A program made the position numbers and the translations under genes. This document shows positions 1 to 14,183 of a stretch of 64,000 nucleotides of DNA, piece by piece; position 1 is the stretch's first letter, and each line of letters starts with the position of its first letter. The stretch spans positions 33,976,001 to 34,040,000 of the forward strand of contig OX597814.1 in NCBI GenBank assembly GCA_951406725.2. The letters run 5' to 3'. The notes beneath the pieces were generated by a model, which did no database searches, was not told the DNA's origin, and saw only the letters and a program-made list of their open reading frames with translations. The stretch comes from Octopus vulgaris. Its lineage: Eukaryota.

Positions 1-259
1 GGACAATTAGTGCTGATAAAGACTATCTACTAATTGGGTAATTGTAATTGTTTGTATTCCTTATATCTTAGGAAAGACAGGAGATATTCAGGGGTATAAT
101 TTTGTTCTTAATATACATTGAATCCTACACTGTTCCCTCCGAGAGAGTTAATTAACTACTTTCTTATATCAGTATAGCATCTTTAAATAATTAAAAGAAA
201 AAATAATCTCCCCAATAATATAGGTTAAATAATACAGTAATTTATTTTGTATTTTTTAG

Positions 260-3200
260 CTTTACTAAAGATACCAAACCAAATCAGGCCACTGTTGCTG
301 GAGATACCAACTTGGATAAAGCTAGTGTTGCTAGAGTATTGAGCAGCATCATTGAAAGAGATACTAAACATTATGTTAGCCATGACAAACCGTTTTCCCT
401 TGATGGATTTCCAAAAGCTCCAAGTCTTCAGATTGGAAAGAAATTTGATTCCACTTCAGCACCACAAGCAAAGAAAAAAAGTTTATTTGCTCAGCAGTTT
501 GAACAACGGCCATGCAGTGATTTCAGTATCTCTAATAAACCTATGTATGGAACAGCTTCCACCAAGTGTAATCTGGAATCTAGTTATACCCCTCCTCAGA
601 GCATTGTTTCTGGTTTTGGATTAAGTGCCAGCAATGCTGAGAGGGAGGCAAAGGCAATTCATGCAGAAAATTTAAATAAGCTTTCTTCTATGACAGAGAA
701 AGAAATTTTGATGGAACGGCAAAAGCTTCTTTCTATGTTAGATCCAAGTTTGATTAACTTCTTAAAAACTAGAAAATCTGAAAATCTTGATTCTGAGACT
801 ACTTCCACATCCATTGAAAATCAAGATGATTCAGACAAATCTGAATTGAAACCTGTGCACAAATTAAATGAAGACGAACTTCCTGTGAAACCTGATAGCC
901 AACTTGTACATATGGACAATGTTGAATATGAAAAATTGGCTTGGATGAAGGATTTACCTCCTGTTAATGCCTGTAGTACAAAAGGGAAACCAGCTCGGTT
1001 TGACTTTCAAGGTTTCATTATCCCTGAAGATGCTGAAATACCTGTTGATTTAGGTCTTCATCACCATGGAGAAGAAGCAGAACGTGCTGGTTACACTCTT
1101 GATGAACTATTTCATCTTTGTCGTAGTCTTAACTCACAACAACGTACATTTGCTTTAAAAACATTAGGTTGCATCATTACTAATGCAAAAAGTGGAATGT
1201 TTGAGGAAAGTATTGAAGGTGCTATCATTCCTTCTGTTATTAATGCAGGAATAGTATTCCTTCTCAGGTGGGCTCTTGATGATAAAATCACTACTGTTCT
1301 CATTTCTGCTGTCTTTTGTCTCCATGCTCTTTTGACCAATAGTGCTGATGAAAACAGTTTGCAGTTTACATTCTGTTGGTATAGAGGAGGGGAGGTGGCT
1401 GCTCACCAAGTTGGTGAAGATACTTTTAATGCAGAAAAGGAAAAGTTAGATTTTCTTGAAACAGTAGAAGTAACAGATGCTGATGAAGTACAAGCAGATG
1501 TTGTGAGGGCTCTTGTAAAATCTATGAATTTGCTCCCTCGTCTGCGTTTTCTGCTTGAAGTTTGGGATATTTCTCCAGAATCCATCAAGTGTATTCTAGA
1601 AATTTTATGTAGAATTTCTTATCATTCAAAACAAGAAGCATATAATGTTTATAAATGTCCAAGACTGATGGAATTCATTTTTAAAGAACTTTTACCTTCA
1701 GTTTGCTCTACTGATGATAAAACTGTTTCCTCAATTATTAGCACATTGAAGCTAATAAAAGTTCTTTGTCAAGCTGGGAGGAGCATGGCAACTGATATTG
1801 TTACTAATTATAAGCTTATGGACAAATTGCTGTTGTACATTGCCCCACAGCCTTCTGAAATGAATCTTCCAGAGAATGTAGCATATGAATTACAAACTGT
1901 GTGTTATAATATATGGCAAGTGTGTCTTTCTTATGGACTCACTGGACATTATTATTCTGAGTTTTATCCACAACTAGTAACCAATACTCATACTATTTTA
2001 GCACAATATCAGAATATAACAGATACTTCATTTCTGCGAGAATCTGCAATTTTAGGTGTTTTGGAATCTGCTGTACAACTAGCTGGGGCTCATTCTAGAT
2101 ATCACCAAAAATTAGCTGCATGTAAAAGGCAGAAAGATTCACAAGAGCCTAATAAAATTGAAAGTTTAATAGTTCCTAGTCTTCACTGGACTCAGGTCTT
2201 GAGTTTGATTGATACACTGGAAATTTTGTTTCAATCTATATTACAGAATATTTCTGAAAAGTATCACTTTAAAAAATTCTCTCTCAATTTAGCAACTTCT
2301 GTCATCAATTTTGTGGCATCTTTTTATGAATTATGTCCTCAGCAATCTGATTCTAATGTCACTAATATTCTCACCCACTTAGAACAGCTATGCAATTCTG
2401 TAATTTTCCCACTTTGGTCAACATTAGGTTTCCGGAGTATCATTGCATCTCTTGCTTCTCATTCTAATATATTGAATCATCAGATATTGTTGAAGACAAA
2501 GCATCCTAAAAATTTACTTGACTTGGGATGTCAGAATCTTATTGATGATTCCAAAACATTACCAATACTTGCCATTAGTACTCCTTTTGGTTTTGTCACA
2601 GCATTATTTCGCCTTTTCAGTGTCATTGGTTCTCTTCACAAAGGTTTGGCTGACAAATTTTCTGGTTTAATTGTCAATGATCCTGATATAAGAAGCTATA
2701 TTACAGCTGTCGTTAAGACAAAACCTACTGCCACTACATTCCAGCACAATTATTTTACCAGATTTGAAAACCACTGTCAGTATTTTCTGCTGAAGACAAT
2801 TTCAATGTCAGCCTTCAATGAAGTTGACACACCATACTTTTTATTGTGTCATCAACTTTCCCTGCTCTTACTTACCAGGTTACATGATGGAGACGAACAC
2901 TTTGCTCATGATCTTCTATCATTATTGATTTTTAATAGAAACTTTATAGCATTAGATTCTGATGTGGATTCTTCTACTCACCAGTTGTCTTGTTTAAGTA
3001 TATCTGACGGCAGTGGTATGGTATGTTCTAACAGCCAGTTAACTGAAGACATCAAATTCAAACTTTTGCAGCACAGCATCTCATCTTTAAAGGACATCCG
3101 TGCTAATTATTTATCCTCATTTTCTCAAATGGAGTCTGCAGTGTTGCATTCAAAAGCTCGATGTTTTGCATATGTGGAAGAAGTTCACAGTTTTCTTGTA

Positions 3201-4079
3201 GGTAAATTAGGAGAAACCTTATTACCTCGTGACTGGATATTTATGCCTCTTGTTCATCAGTACAGTCTTTCTAATTCCTTACCAGAAAATGAACGCGAAC
3301 AATGTAGTCCACAACAAATTAATAAAATTACTCATGCTTTAAAGTTCATATACTTGCTTGAGACACAGCGACCATCTATCATGGATGGTTTATCAGCTTC
3401 TCTTAAAATATCACGACTGATGTGTGTCTTTCTTGCAGATAACAATATTTTTCTTGAACCTGTTGTCCGTTCCTATTTGGCTGGTTTGATGCGAATTTAC
3501 AGCAAAGAAAATATATTGGACAGTATGAACTTTGATGAGTCAATCCCTGGTCTTTATTCATTTTATGACTTTTTCATTGAATTTCTTAAGCAGTACATAT
3601 CTGTATCATTTGGTGACTTTGTTTTTGGGAGCTACCTGCTCCTTCCATTGCAACAAATGCACAATGTCTTCTTGCGTAAAGCTATTTGGGAAGAGAACAG
3701 CATTGTGCTGCGCACACTGAGAGTCTCAATACAAGACCATCTTATACCAATTCATCGATACCTTGTTCCTGAAGAAACAAATCCTGAACTTTTGAAACTG
3801 TTAATTTTGGCTCTCTTAAGAGAGTCAGTCTCAGAAAAGTGGTGCCCAGTGTTATATCTTATTGCTGTACATCACTGTAATAGATTCATGTTCCGGCAAG
3901 ATAGATATGAAGATAATCTGAGGCAGTTTATGTTTAGTCATGTTCTCAAATGCAGCAATAGTCAACTGAAAGAACATCTGTTACATTATAAAATGTATAA
4001 TGCAACTTCAAATCATTGTATTGAACTTTATCAAAATCTGCCACATAATCGTAAGTCTCTCTTAGAAAAATACTGTTGA
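260..4079 (+). CDS. RPAP1: RNA polymerase II-associated protein 1 (RPAP1/Rba50 family), large terminal coding exon; the true start lies in upstream exon(s), probably outside the window
   Basis: 1255-aa ORF with KKSLFAQQF, an RPAP1_N-like motif (IHAENLNKLSSMTEKEILMERQKLLSMLDPSLINFLK), an RPAP1_C-like motif (RFDFQG...LHHHGEEAERAGYTLDELFHLCRS...QRTFALKTL) and LPRDWIFMPL. A polypyrimidine tract and AG acceptor (tttattttgtattttttag) end at 259, and the frame is open from 261. The ORF-track start at 312 is a TTG, not an initiator. Confidence 0.92.
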
Positions 4080-4148
4080 GTTGTTGTTGTTTAACCCCAG
4101 GTCTACTTTAATCCATGATTTACTGATAATGATATATAATTTACTAAT

Positions 4149-4154
4149 AATAAA
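4149..4154 (+). promoter_or_regulatory. Candidate polyadenylation signal for RPAP1
   Basis: AATAAA ~70 nt after the stop codon; further AATAAA hexamers follow downstream. Confidence 0.4.
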
Positions 4155-4328
4155 TTTGTTACATGAAAAAAAATTTGTAACTGGAGTTTGGATACACTAA
4201 ACAAAACAATTTCATGTGAAGTTATGAAATATTTTATTATGAAAAATAAACAACAAAAAAATATTTTTATTATGAAAACGAATATTTTTATTTATCATTT
4301 TGCCAAAAAGTAATCCCTTTGTGCTTAA

Positions 4329-4550
4329 CCCTTTTATTATCAGCCTGCCTGAGACTGCCCCTAGTTTTAGGATACAAACATCCAGTTTTAAAGTGGTCTA
4401 AATTAAAATCTTCCATCAAAATTTCATGCTAACTTAAGTTCCAAGCACCAGCTTAATAATTATAAAATTATTTTATTAAATTCCTAATTATTTAAAAAAT
4501 TAATTGAAACCAAGGGAGTATATATCAGTAGAAATATGGTAATGAAAGGG
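4329..4550. mobile_element. piggyBac-type MITE
   Basis: TTAA|CCCTTTTATTATCA ... TGGTAATGAAAGGG|TTAT: imperfect TIRs starting CCC with TTAA-like flanks. Confidence 0.65.
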
Positions 4551-4762
4551 TTATGAAATCATTTTGAAAAATCAAAATCTTCATTTATGACCATTAAATC
4601 ATTTAAATGTTGATGTCTAAATCTTGATTAACTCAACTGTTACTAGTAAACACACAAACTAGCCAGAGAGAGGGCTATACTTGATGAAATGAAGTTGGTA
4701 ATATACTAGTTTTACAGTACCTATTCTTAATAGCAAGTGTAGACCACTTCTGGCCCACTTAA

Positions 4763-4946
4763 CACTTTTGCATTTAAACCAGCCATGTCTGGTGAAAATA
4801 TTCTCCCTGTTTAATGTTCAAAGTGGCCAGATCCTGCCTTTTACACCTACCTTATGATATTCTAAAAATAAACAGTCACATCATTGAAATTTTGAAACTA
4901 TGAGATAATGCACTACATTTGACAGAGTAATTTGAATGCTAAAGAG
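4763..4946. mobile_element. piggyBac-type MITE (second family)
   Basis: TTAA|CACTTTTGCATTTAAA ... TTTGAATGCTAAAGAG|TTAA: imperfect TIRs and TTAA on both sides. Confidence 0.65.
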
Positions 4947-7900
4947 TTAAGGCAGCTAAGCAGATCACTGATAATGTCCTTGGTATGTCTCACTACATTC
5001 CCTGTAGAACCAAAGTCAACATTTCCCCAAACCTGCAATGGTTCACATTTATCTGTGCTGCAGTTGTATATGCAAAGAACACTGTTCATGTCACTGAAGG
5101 AAATCACTCCTCATCACCAACTGCAGGGCATTTATGGATACTGGTGTAGTCTTCATTTTGATAGAGTTAGCTTTGCAATCAATGTTTCTAGAAGTGATCC
5201 CATTGCAGGGCATCTCAGTCATGAGTATTCACATGCTTTGAGTTATGAATCAATCCAAGTTCTTATGAGTCTTGAGGAAACTGTGGAAGTCCTTCAAATA
5301 GTTTCTAGCTGTTTTTGTTTAGTACATTTAATCATTTAAATCCATCAGTTAGCTCTTGGTTGCATTTAGGAGAGTAGCTTTACTGTGAGCACTCAGTTCA
5401 AGCCTCTGGTATGAAAATAACTTGATGTATTGATAATGCTGCTCTCAACTGCAAACTCCATGAATCATGAGTTCTGCTCCATTTTTATTATTAGACTTAA
5501 AGGTCCTGTAAAAAGTCATGGGCATGATTCATCTTTTACTCCTGATTAAGCTATTGAAATGAAAAATTAAACATAACAATGCTTAAAAGTTAACCATAAG
5601 AAAAGGAATCCTTACAAGCATTTTCATCTTCCAACATACAACTGGGCTTTGTCATCTCTTACCAAGAGGATTTCCTACAAACACTTATCAATGTTCAATC
5701 AAGAGGGTTGTGAAAGAAACGTTCCTGCAAATCATATCATTCATTTATACTCGTTTTGCTTCCAACTTACACACACGTAACAGGAGATTCTTAAATTCCC
5801 CTTTTCAATTCTGCTGCTCACCATCAAATGCATACTGTTACCAAGTGTGAAAATTTCTCCCTACTCTCAATTCCTGTCAAACAGTATGCACCCGAGCTAG
5901 TTCATATATTCATGATTCATGAAACATATTAACATTTTTCACTCTCCAGATATTTACATTAACCTAAAGAAATGTGACTGCCTGGTTATTCCACCAAAAG
6001 AGAAATCTCTCAGATTTTGTCAACCACCAGTCCATTAACTACTTTGGCCACAATTTTAAGTGCTGCATTCTACAATTATGGGCCAGAAGTTATCAATTAC
6101 ATTCCACCTGTTGGAATCCATTTTCTGCAGCACTAAACCTCTGCTGTCAGTTATGCTCAAAGTCTGCCAAGAGGCCACTAAATAAATCTGTATTTATGTG
6201 TATTTATAAAGCTTGTATGGCAAACTATCCAAATCAACAGTTCGCCCTTTATGCATTCGCTCATCACCACCCATATCTCAGTTGGTGTCAACGGTTTCCA
6301 CCACATCTCAGTCTTCTTCTGAGTTATGATTGGTTGTCGAGGTAGATACTGAAGTCAGCTACCGTCTTCGATCCATCACCCACAACTGAACAATGGGGCA
6401 ACTGGAAATTTCACACATTTGCTTGGAACTGAGTAGCATGTACCCATCTCAGTCCATGAAAGACCAAATTGTGGTTTTCTTATTACATTATACTTCACCA
6501 CCTAGGTCCATTGAGTGGGTTTTGTTCTTGTTTTGTTTTTGCACACATACCTTTGTGCAATCTTCGTGTTTTGATTGAAGAAATGGTTGAAGGCCATTCA
6601 TGCTGCTAGCACATCAGTTGTGATGATTTTCCTAATCACGTCTTCTAGTTTGTTCCTTTGCTCTTTAGCTAATCTATTTTTTCTATCGCATATGATTTGC
6701 TTAGTGTTATTGATTCTACTCTAATCACTCTAGGGCACGCCAAAGCTGATTGAGGTTGGGTCAGAGAGAATCCTATCACATTGCGATAGTGTGATATGAT
6801 AGGAAGCTGCCGATCCAAGAAGCAAGAGACGGATAAAACTTAACAGTGAGCAGTTTTAACAGGAATCCATGAGCCAGGCGTAGTCGAAAGCTTTGCAAAG
6901 CAAAGCTTTCCACAGAGGTGGAATTTGAACTCAGAATGTAAAGCATTTTGCTCAGTGTGCTGATGATTCTGTCAGCTTAAAGTTTTATGGTTTCACATTA
7001 TATTAACATATAACTGGCTGAGTATACCACAACACACACGTACCCACAACATAATCCGTAAGTAGAATCAGTACAACCCAGTGTAATATGGCTTGGCCTT
7101 TTAATTACGGGTCCAGGATCTAATTATAGTGTAATTTGACTGAGTATTCCATAGATATATGTGGCTTTAATGTAATTCTGGGACAGAATCAGTGTGACAC
7201 ATGATGGACATAACCAGAGTTTCAACTGTTTCACAGACGCTAAACTATAAATTTCACAAGGTACGACCTTAAAGTTGACAATGCTACAATGTAGAAAATT
7301 TCTGTTTCACTATTGGCTAAAAAAGAAAAAAAAAAAAAACCCCAAAAAAACCACACACAATTTTTTTCGATTTTTAAACGTCTGTAACTTGATCGAACGT
7401 CTGTAACTTTATCGTCAAAATTTTTTCCCACAAGTTCATGTATTCACTGAAATAAGCGTGGAAAACAGCATCAATATAACCGATTTTTAGATTTTTTACT
7501 TCCTTTTTTAAAAAAGTGCAGATTTTATGAATAAAACGAACTAGATCCAAGCCTTGCGTCATATATACATTTTATCGTGGTCAATATAGTTAATTTGATT
7601 TATCAACCAGTAGGGAATCTGAATAAAACAGTTTTAACTTTTATCTAGTATTCTAGTTTATTTAAACCGAATCGACAATTCTCTACAAGATCTTGTACGT
7701 CGGAGCCACAATTTATGATGTTTTACCATTTTTGAACTCGTCAGGCTGCTGGAAAAGTACAGTAATGTAATAGATGTGAAAATATCCTCCCAAGGAAACT
7801 GGTTTTGAGTGATGCACGAATTCTAGATATTAATTACATCCAGGATGGCAACTTGTATATTGCAAAATTTCCTCTCTTCAAAGAAGGGAGAGGAAAAAGA

Positions 7901-8229
7901 AATAAGAATTGCAGTGAATGGAAAGAACCCGTATAAATGTATTACGTAAGGCAGAAAGTTTTCAATCCGACAGAAAATGAAAATAGTAAAAGGACAAAAT
8001 CAAATTTAGCAACATTGCACTTTATACAACAAAATTAATACGGCTTCTCTAGAGACGTCACGATATCGGAAACAATAATTGCAATAACAACTGTGTTAAA
8101 GAAAATCAAAAGCAGCAATACCAACGCAGCAATAAAAATAACAATGGCAGCTGCAATAATAGCAGCAGCAGCAACTACATCTGCAGCGACAGCAATAACA
8201 ACAGCAACTGCAGTGCTAATAGTCTTTTA

Positions 8230-8405
8230 TACACAAAGCCTGAAATCCTTTAGGAAATGGGGGTTAGTTGATTACATCGATTCAGTGCTCAACTGGTACT
8301 TATTTTATTGACCCCGAAAGGATGAAATCAAAGTCGATCTTGGGGGAATTTGCATTCAAAACGAGAAGATGGACGAAATGTTGCTAAGCATTTTGTCCGG
8401 CGTGC
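8230..8405 (-). mobile_element. SINE family A copy (degenerate)
   Basis: Reverse complement of the CCTTTCATCCTTTCGGGGTCGAT core seen at 22409, 40005 and 48093. Confidence 0.75.
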
Positions 8406-8439
8406 TAAAAAACAATGGAAGTTGAAAACATAAGCCATC

Positions 8440-8640
8440 ATGAGCGCCTCTATGTGGTCGCTTGACTTGCTGGAAATAGAGGCCAGATTTTCACATCACA
8501 CCTTAAGAGTTGTAATATAAAAGCAGGGAACATTAAATAATGTAGTCTTACATACCCCTAAAATACGAGGTGGTCAGGGCCGGAACGTCTTCGATCACAG
8601 GTCTACTCGATTAGTGTTGATCTAGTGCTAAACAACAACG
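8440..8640 (+). repeat. Dispersed repeat family D. Related copies at ~20415-20600, 25712-25890, 28878-29072, 35385-35502/37764-37800 and 38910-39100 (-)
   Basis: Shared motif (A/C)TGTGGTCGCTCGAC(C/T)TGCTAGAAATAGCAGCCAAAT and tail GCTAAACAACAAC across copies. Confidence 0.6.
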
Positions 8641-9802
8641 TAAATCAAACTATGTATATCTCAGAATTACAAATTTTCCTAACTTTCTACAATTGTTTGT
8701 AGAACCGAGAGAAACCATCCTTCTGTCCCATATGTTTTTTTCCCCCAAAGTATGTGACGCTGACAAACACAAATATATTACAACTCTTCTGAGGAAAACT
8801 CTAAGCCTAAAATTGTGTAACAAGTGGCAACAGATAAAAGACGGCCAAGCCAAACGTCTCATCCTCATGTCCAAGAAGATGGTTAATTCAGTTCTAATTG
8901 AGCAGATCCATGACCAAAGTTGTTACAGCCATGACTTATCTTTGTGTCTGGAACTACATGTTTAACGTGTTCATCACATTCATAATTTAAGATGTTTAAA
9001 GAGAGAATTGTCAGTTATTCTTTTCAGGAGATTTTGCAACAATCCTCTAGAAATGTAAGGTGGGGGAACCTTTTAATACCAAGGGGTGACTTGCAAGTGC
9101 ATCAAAATCTGTGTATCTGCGCTGAATAAGAAATAATTAATTTTCAATTTTACAAATTCATGATTATGCACACAATTACGTTGAAAAACATTAATTATTC
9201 ATATTGTTATATGTAAATCCTGAAACACACGGACGCCACTGAGAATATTATTTTATATTTAATGAAAACTTGTACCTTAATGAGCAGTTTAGTTATACTT
9301 CAGTTATACTTTACTTTGAAGAGCTCAGATGTTAGATGGGACAGATGTCGCAGTAATTCTTAGCTGGTCTTCAAGATCTTTTTTCTGTAAGTCAAGCTCA
9401 TAAGTGACTCTTGGTTAAATTTTATATTGATAAAAACCGTTCACATTGGTGTGTGCTGCAATTTTCAATGTGTGATTTCTCAAATGTGGATAAACTATTA
9501 AATTTAGGAGGTGTCTGGTAAGTAATTTGATATGAGACCGTGTGTTGAAACTAATGCAATTGAAACGTGGAAGACGCATTTTAACAATTGAAAAATACAT
9601 TTTTTGTGTGTGTTTTTGAATGGCTAAAATGAATCTTCCATGCTGTAATTGCTATTAAATTTAAACATCTACGTATTTATCGTGTCTTGTGTCACGGAAT
9701 TTATTAAAAATATTTTTGTGTTTGTCATTCTTTACATTCATAACTCACTAACAACCGAAATTTAACAATAATTGGTCATTGCAGAAAGAACCAGATATAA
9801 GA

Positions 9803-10100
9803 TGTAGAGGGTTTGTAGGACACAGCGTGAGACGACTGTTGTTATCGCTAGGCCTAACTCATCGTAAAGTTCAATACCACCATGGCTGATATCCAATCTA
9901 CAGTGGAGAAGGCTAGCCACTAGATTTGGTTAAAAAGAGACGATGAGTGATGGCTAGAAGTATATTGAGTTCTTCATAACCAGCTGATCTAGCAAGCGGG
10001 TCCTCATATCAGTGAGGGGGGGCCGGTGCGCATTGATGCCGTCGAGAGGTAGGCCCCCAAACAGCGCGCATTCTCTCCTGATGACCCCATACACTTGCTA
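9803..10100 (+). mobile_element. 3' end of a HERO/NeSL-like RLE-encoding non-LTR retrotransposon (5'-truncated, decayed)
   Basis: Translates as CRGFVGHSVRRLLLSLGL...STVEKASH*IWLKRDDE*WLE. This matches the EVGCRGF and AEKASxWxWxKR C-terminal motifs of HERO-type restriction-like endonuclease elements. A GC-rich 3' UTR follows. Confidence 0.7.
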
Positions 10101-11152
10101 GCTTCCGATATACGGAGCTTTTAACTGGTAGCACTTGCATGTGCAAGTTGTTTGCAAGACAATCTGTGCCATGAATCTTCTGACTTCACTATAAATTTTA
10201 CTCACAGTCAAAGACGTATGTCCTTTCAAAGCAGAATGATGGCTTTCTAACCTTCTGCATGTGGATTTGATGCCCTTTCAAAATAACACTTTCTAACTAG
10301 TCCACATGTAGAATCGTATGAGAACTGACCAGTCTCATAAAATGTTGAAAGAAATCAGGATCTGCTTCTGGCATGGTGCCAAAAAAGAATTTTTAGTATG
10401 AAAATCTCGAAACTGCTTTTGAAATTAATCCAGAAGACAGAAACCCTCTATAAACATACACCATCATCGATTCAAGTTTATCTTCTTTCAGTAGCGGATG
10501 ATTTATTATGCAGAGTTTTTATTTTTAATTTGAATTATGAATATCTGCGGAATTGATTCAAAGCTCCTAATATTGGCAAGAAGGGAGGCAATGAGCTTGT
10601 TTGATGCAGTTGCAAGCAATAACGATTCCAAAATATCTATTCACATAACCTTCTTTTGGTCCTCCAATCCCCGAACAAAAATGTCTTAAATATCCACGGC
10701 GATTGCTTAACCAGCGAATCTCTCAATGGCACAATAAATCACCGTATTCTACCTCGAGGTACTCTGAATTTTGTTGTTTAACCTTTTATTTATGATGAAG
10801 TCAATACATTTTGCTATCATTTGGATTCCATTGATCCTTCATAAAGACGATGCACATAAAGTATGTTGATAAGACAATGACACAATTAAGAAATTCAGAT
10901 TCAATTGACGATTCTTCAATTCTTCTTTGATTAAAGCAACAAGTCTTTTTTGAAACACTACCACAGACGGCGCATCGTCCATAACTTAACTGCTAAGTTT
11001 TTCACAGGATAAACAGAGAGTAAAAATGTTAGCTTGTTTAAATTCAGAGTCCCTCTCTGTTTTTCGTATTCCTTATGCTTGGACAATTGAATTCTTATAA
11101 ATAAGGAACATACAACGTCCATTTACTTTCATGAAAAAATAATTATCTCTCT

Positions 11153-12330
11153 ACTTAGTAGCTGAATGGCCCGTCATTGCCAGGCAACTTTTACAATAGA
11201 ATGTTTTATATAAATTTTTGTTCATTCCAAGTCAGACCATACTTTCCCCGACAGATAGGCCATTTGATCAGGACAGATTTGTGCAATTTTTTGCAAAAAA
11301 ACTTCGTTGAGGATTTCTTTCTTTTTGAATTATTTACATGTCTGTCCGACCGTTTCACATGACTTTATTCATTATGACTGCAGAAGTTCTTACAACTTTG
11401 ATCATCATAATGCTTTGCTTTCGTTTGTTTAATAAAAATTCCTCCTCCTAATGATTTTGCTTTCATTTTGTGATAGACAGCTATCATGCAGAAAATTCAG
11501 CTTCCAAATTCTGTTTTCTGAATAGGTAAAACTGATTAAACTTTAAACCTCAGTAACATTTTTCTGCAATTTTTTTTTGGAACAAATAAATAACAAAATT
11601 GGATTTAACGTGGAAAATTATTTCAATATACTAAATTTGAAAATATTGACGTAATTTTAAAATCTCACAATGTATGACAGCAACAGTAGAGAGACAGACA
11701 ATTATAGGACGTCTCATACACAGACACATTTACAAATGTACACAGAAAATCACGAGTTTAAAATGGTGTATAATAGACAAATGTATGTATCTATTATGTA
11801 TGTGTATGTATGTATGGGTGTACAAATGTACATATATGAATGTATGTGTCTGACTGTGTGTGAGTGTTTCTTTGCGATGGACATCAGAAAAGCCACCTAC
11901 CCCTTATCTCCTTAAAGCTACGTATTTCTCACACCCACCTTTGTGTGTGTGTGTGTGTTGTATCTATTTATTTACGAAAGTATGTATGCAGTGTCGCGTG
12001 TATATGACAGCTGTATTAACGTTACCATCCCACTGCCATTTAATATTTGTCGCTTACATAACGTTGTTCTCACCTTCCCTGATATAAGTTACTCGGACTC
12101 TGCTATTGCGTTTCATTCAAACCTATATTTTTTGTACCTTTCTCATTTCATCATACAATTCGCCCAACCCCACTGGGGGACACAGTATAGATTTGTATTG
12201 AAATCCAATTAGCCTATTATTGAACTGGGTGTTAGTGCAACATGTATGCAAAGTTTCGTGAACATTGGTTCGCTAGTTTAGGCACTATGATGGTAACAGA
12301 CAGACAGAAATTGCCATTTGTATATAAGAT
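11153..12330 (-). mobile_element. Non-autonomous Helitron-like element
   Basis: On the minus strand it starts ATCTTATATACAAAT followed by (TCTG)n. It ends with the hairpin GCCTGGCAATGACGGGC and then CAGCTACTAAGT, a near-CTAG terminus. Confidence 0.5.
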
Positions 12331-12519
12331 TAACCATCATTGAACAAAGAACTTTCACAGGTAACTCTTTTTTCATTATTAGCAGACGGTTTTACTTTCA
12401 TGCATTTCACAAAAAAAATCAAACAAATGAATTGTAAATATTGCTACCATTAAAAAAATATTGTGCTTAATTTGTAATGACGTAACATATCGTCTTGATC
12501 CGTCTGTCATCTCCTGAAT

Positions 12520-13400
12520 TAGTGGCTTTTGGCCAGATCACACCATTGCATAATGTTCTGATGGAGATCTCTGATTGACACTCTATCAACTCTGGTGTTC
12601 TCCAAAGTTTGGTTTTGAGCTCACACACACTTTCTCCTATACATCAACGATCTGTTTGCCATCACCTCAAATAACACATCCAATCCTATACAGATGATAT
12701 TACCTTTCATTTCTCTAACTTTCCGCACTTACATTCAGTCTAAGCACCTCAAATCAACCCTGCACAGATACCTCGAAAACGTACTCCAATACTGTTATGT
12801 CAATCCAGTATCTTTCAAACGCGAAAAGATACAATCATTGTACATGTCAAGAAAATAATATCTAAACATCAGAGCACACAAGTAAACAAGAACAACTTAG
12901 CATTTGTAACGCTCTGAAGATCACTACAAATCGGAAATTTATCAAAGATGTTTTTTCCTAGTAAACGCACATACTTGATACATCAAAATTGCAACACGAA
13001 AACTGACCTTCCTCTTTCTGGTTGGAAAATAATTCGGTAATCTACAACTACAAACCCTTTACAAAGCTCAATTGAGGTTCACAATTTCTAAATATCGGAC
13101 GGTATACTGCTGCTGGTGTACATTTAGTCATCCAAGACAGCAACCTAGGAATGGCCACTCGACTTTGCTTATTCTATCGTTAATATAATGACGTCTGCTT
13201 GCCAGAGGTGGCTGGTTCAGAGAGCCTGATTTACCAGTCTCTCCCTTCTCATAATTCATTTTGTATACACCCGAGAATCATCTCTTATTACTATATCCAG
13301 TCATTTCTCCCCATAACGTCTGCCCTCTAGAATTCCGTTGGCCTTTCCTACAGTCTTAAGCTTTCAACTGTTCAAAGGGATCATTGACCGCATTGATCAT
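12520..13400 (+). mobile_element. Decayed CR1/L2/Jockey-group LINE reverse transcriptase fragment
   Basis: NSGVLQSLVLS (cf. GVPQGSVLGP) near 12590 and SYTDDIT (cf. YADD) near 12685; many stops and frameshifts. Confidence 0.65.
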
Positions 13401-14183
13401 AGTCATCGCGTAGAACTGGTCCAGGCCAAACCGTTCACACACAAGAAACAGCTCCTAACCTACACAAAAACTAAATTCACACTGACTATTTATTACAAAT
13501 AGTTCATAATAAGATGGAATAATAACCTATAAGTGGAGTAGGGATAAAGGGTAGGGTACAAATGCTAAATGTTAATTGACTATAATAACTATGTGACTAT
13601 TACGTCACCATTTCGTACGTATTCCGACTCATGATTATTGACAAAACGATCATGACTACAGAAATTTGTTTATGCCTTTCATAAAGACCAAAATAGTAAT
13701 TTAATATAAGGTGAAAGCAACTTAAATCGAACCGTTTTGGTCTTAAGGATTAAACTTTTTTTAATGTGGGTTTTTGGAGAATTTGGTCAGCGGGTAAATT
13801 TCAAATTTGAAAGTAGGTGAGTGGTTCCCTGCCTGCGACGTAAAAACTCCTTCGTTGGCTAGTGAAATGTTGCAAGATTTTCAGACACTACCGACAAAAC
13901 AAGAACCCTGTCGACCACCACAACACTTCTCTTTAGCTGATAAAGATGATTAACATACAGAATTTAAAAAAAAATTTTTTTTAAATACATAGAAAGAAGG
14001 AACTTCATAGAGGCATTTCTCTAAATATAAAGGCAGAATACTGTTAAAACAATATATTCTGCTGTATATATTCCCAGGTTCTTAAAATCCTGTGATAAAA
14101 TCATGTAATAAGGGCCTTACTTATGTTTATGTTTGGGATTATGCAAGCCTAGGACTGTGAGGGAAGAAATATTTTTTAGTAAA

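Noticed and set aside
312-314. RPAP1 start codon given by the ORF track
   Set aside because: It is TTG; the frame extends upstream to a splice acceptor at 259.
4932-6578. ORFs of 135, 123 and 61 aa downstream of RPAP1
   Set aside because: No recognisable domain or splice structure; probably decayed repeat sequence that I could not classify.
7715-7750. Hammerhead-like CTGACGAG on the minus strand
   Set aside because: GAAA, stem III and stem I cannot be formed; compatible with chance.
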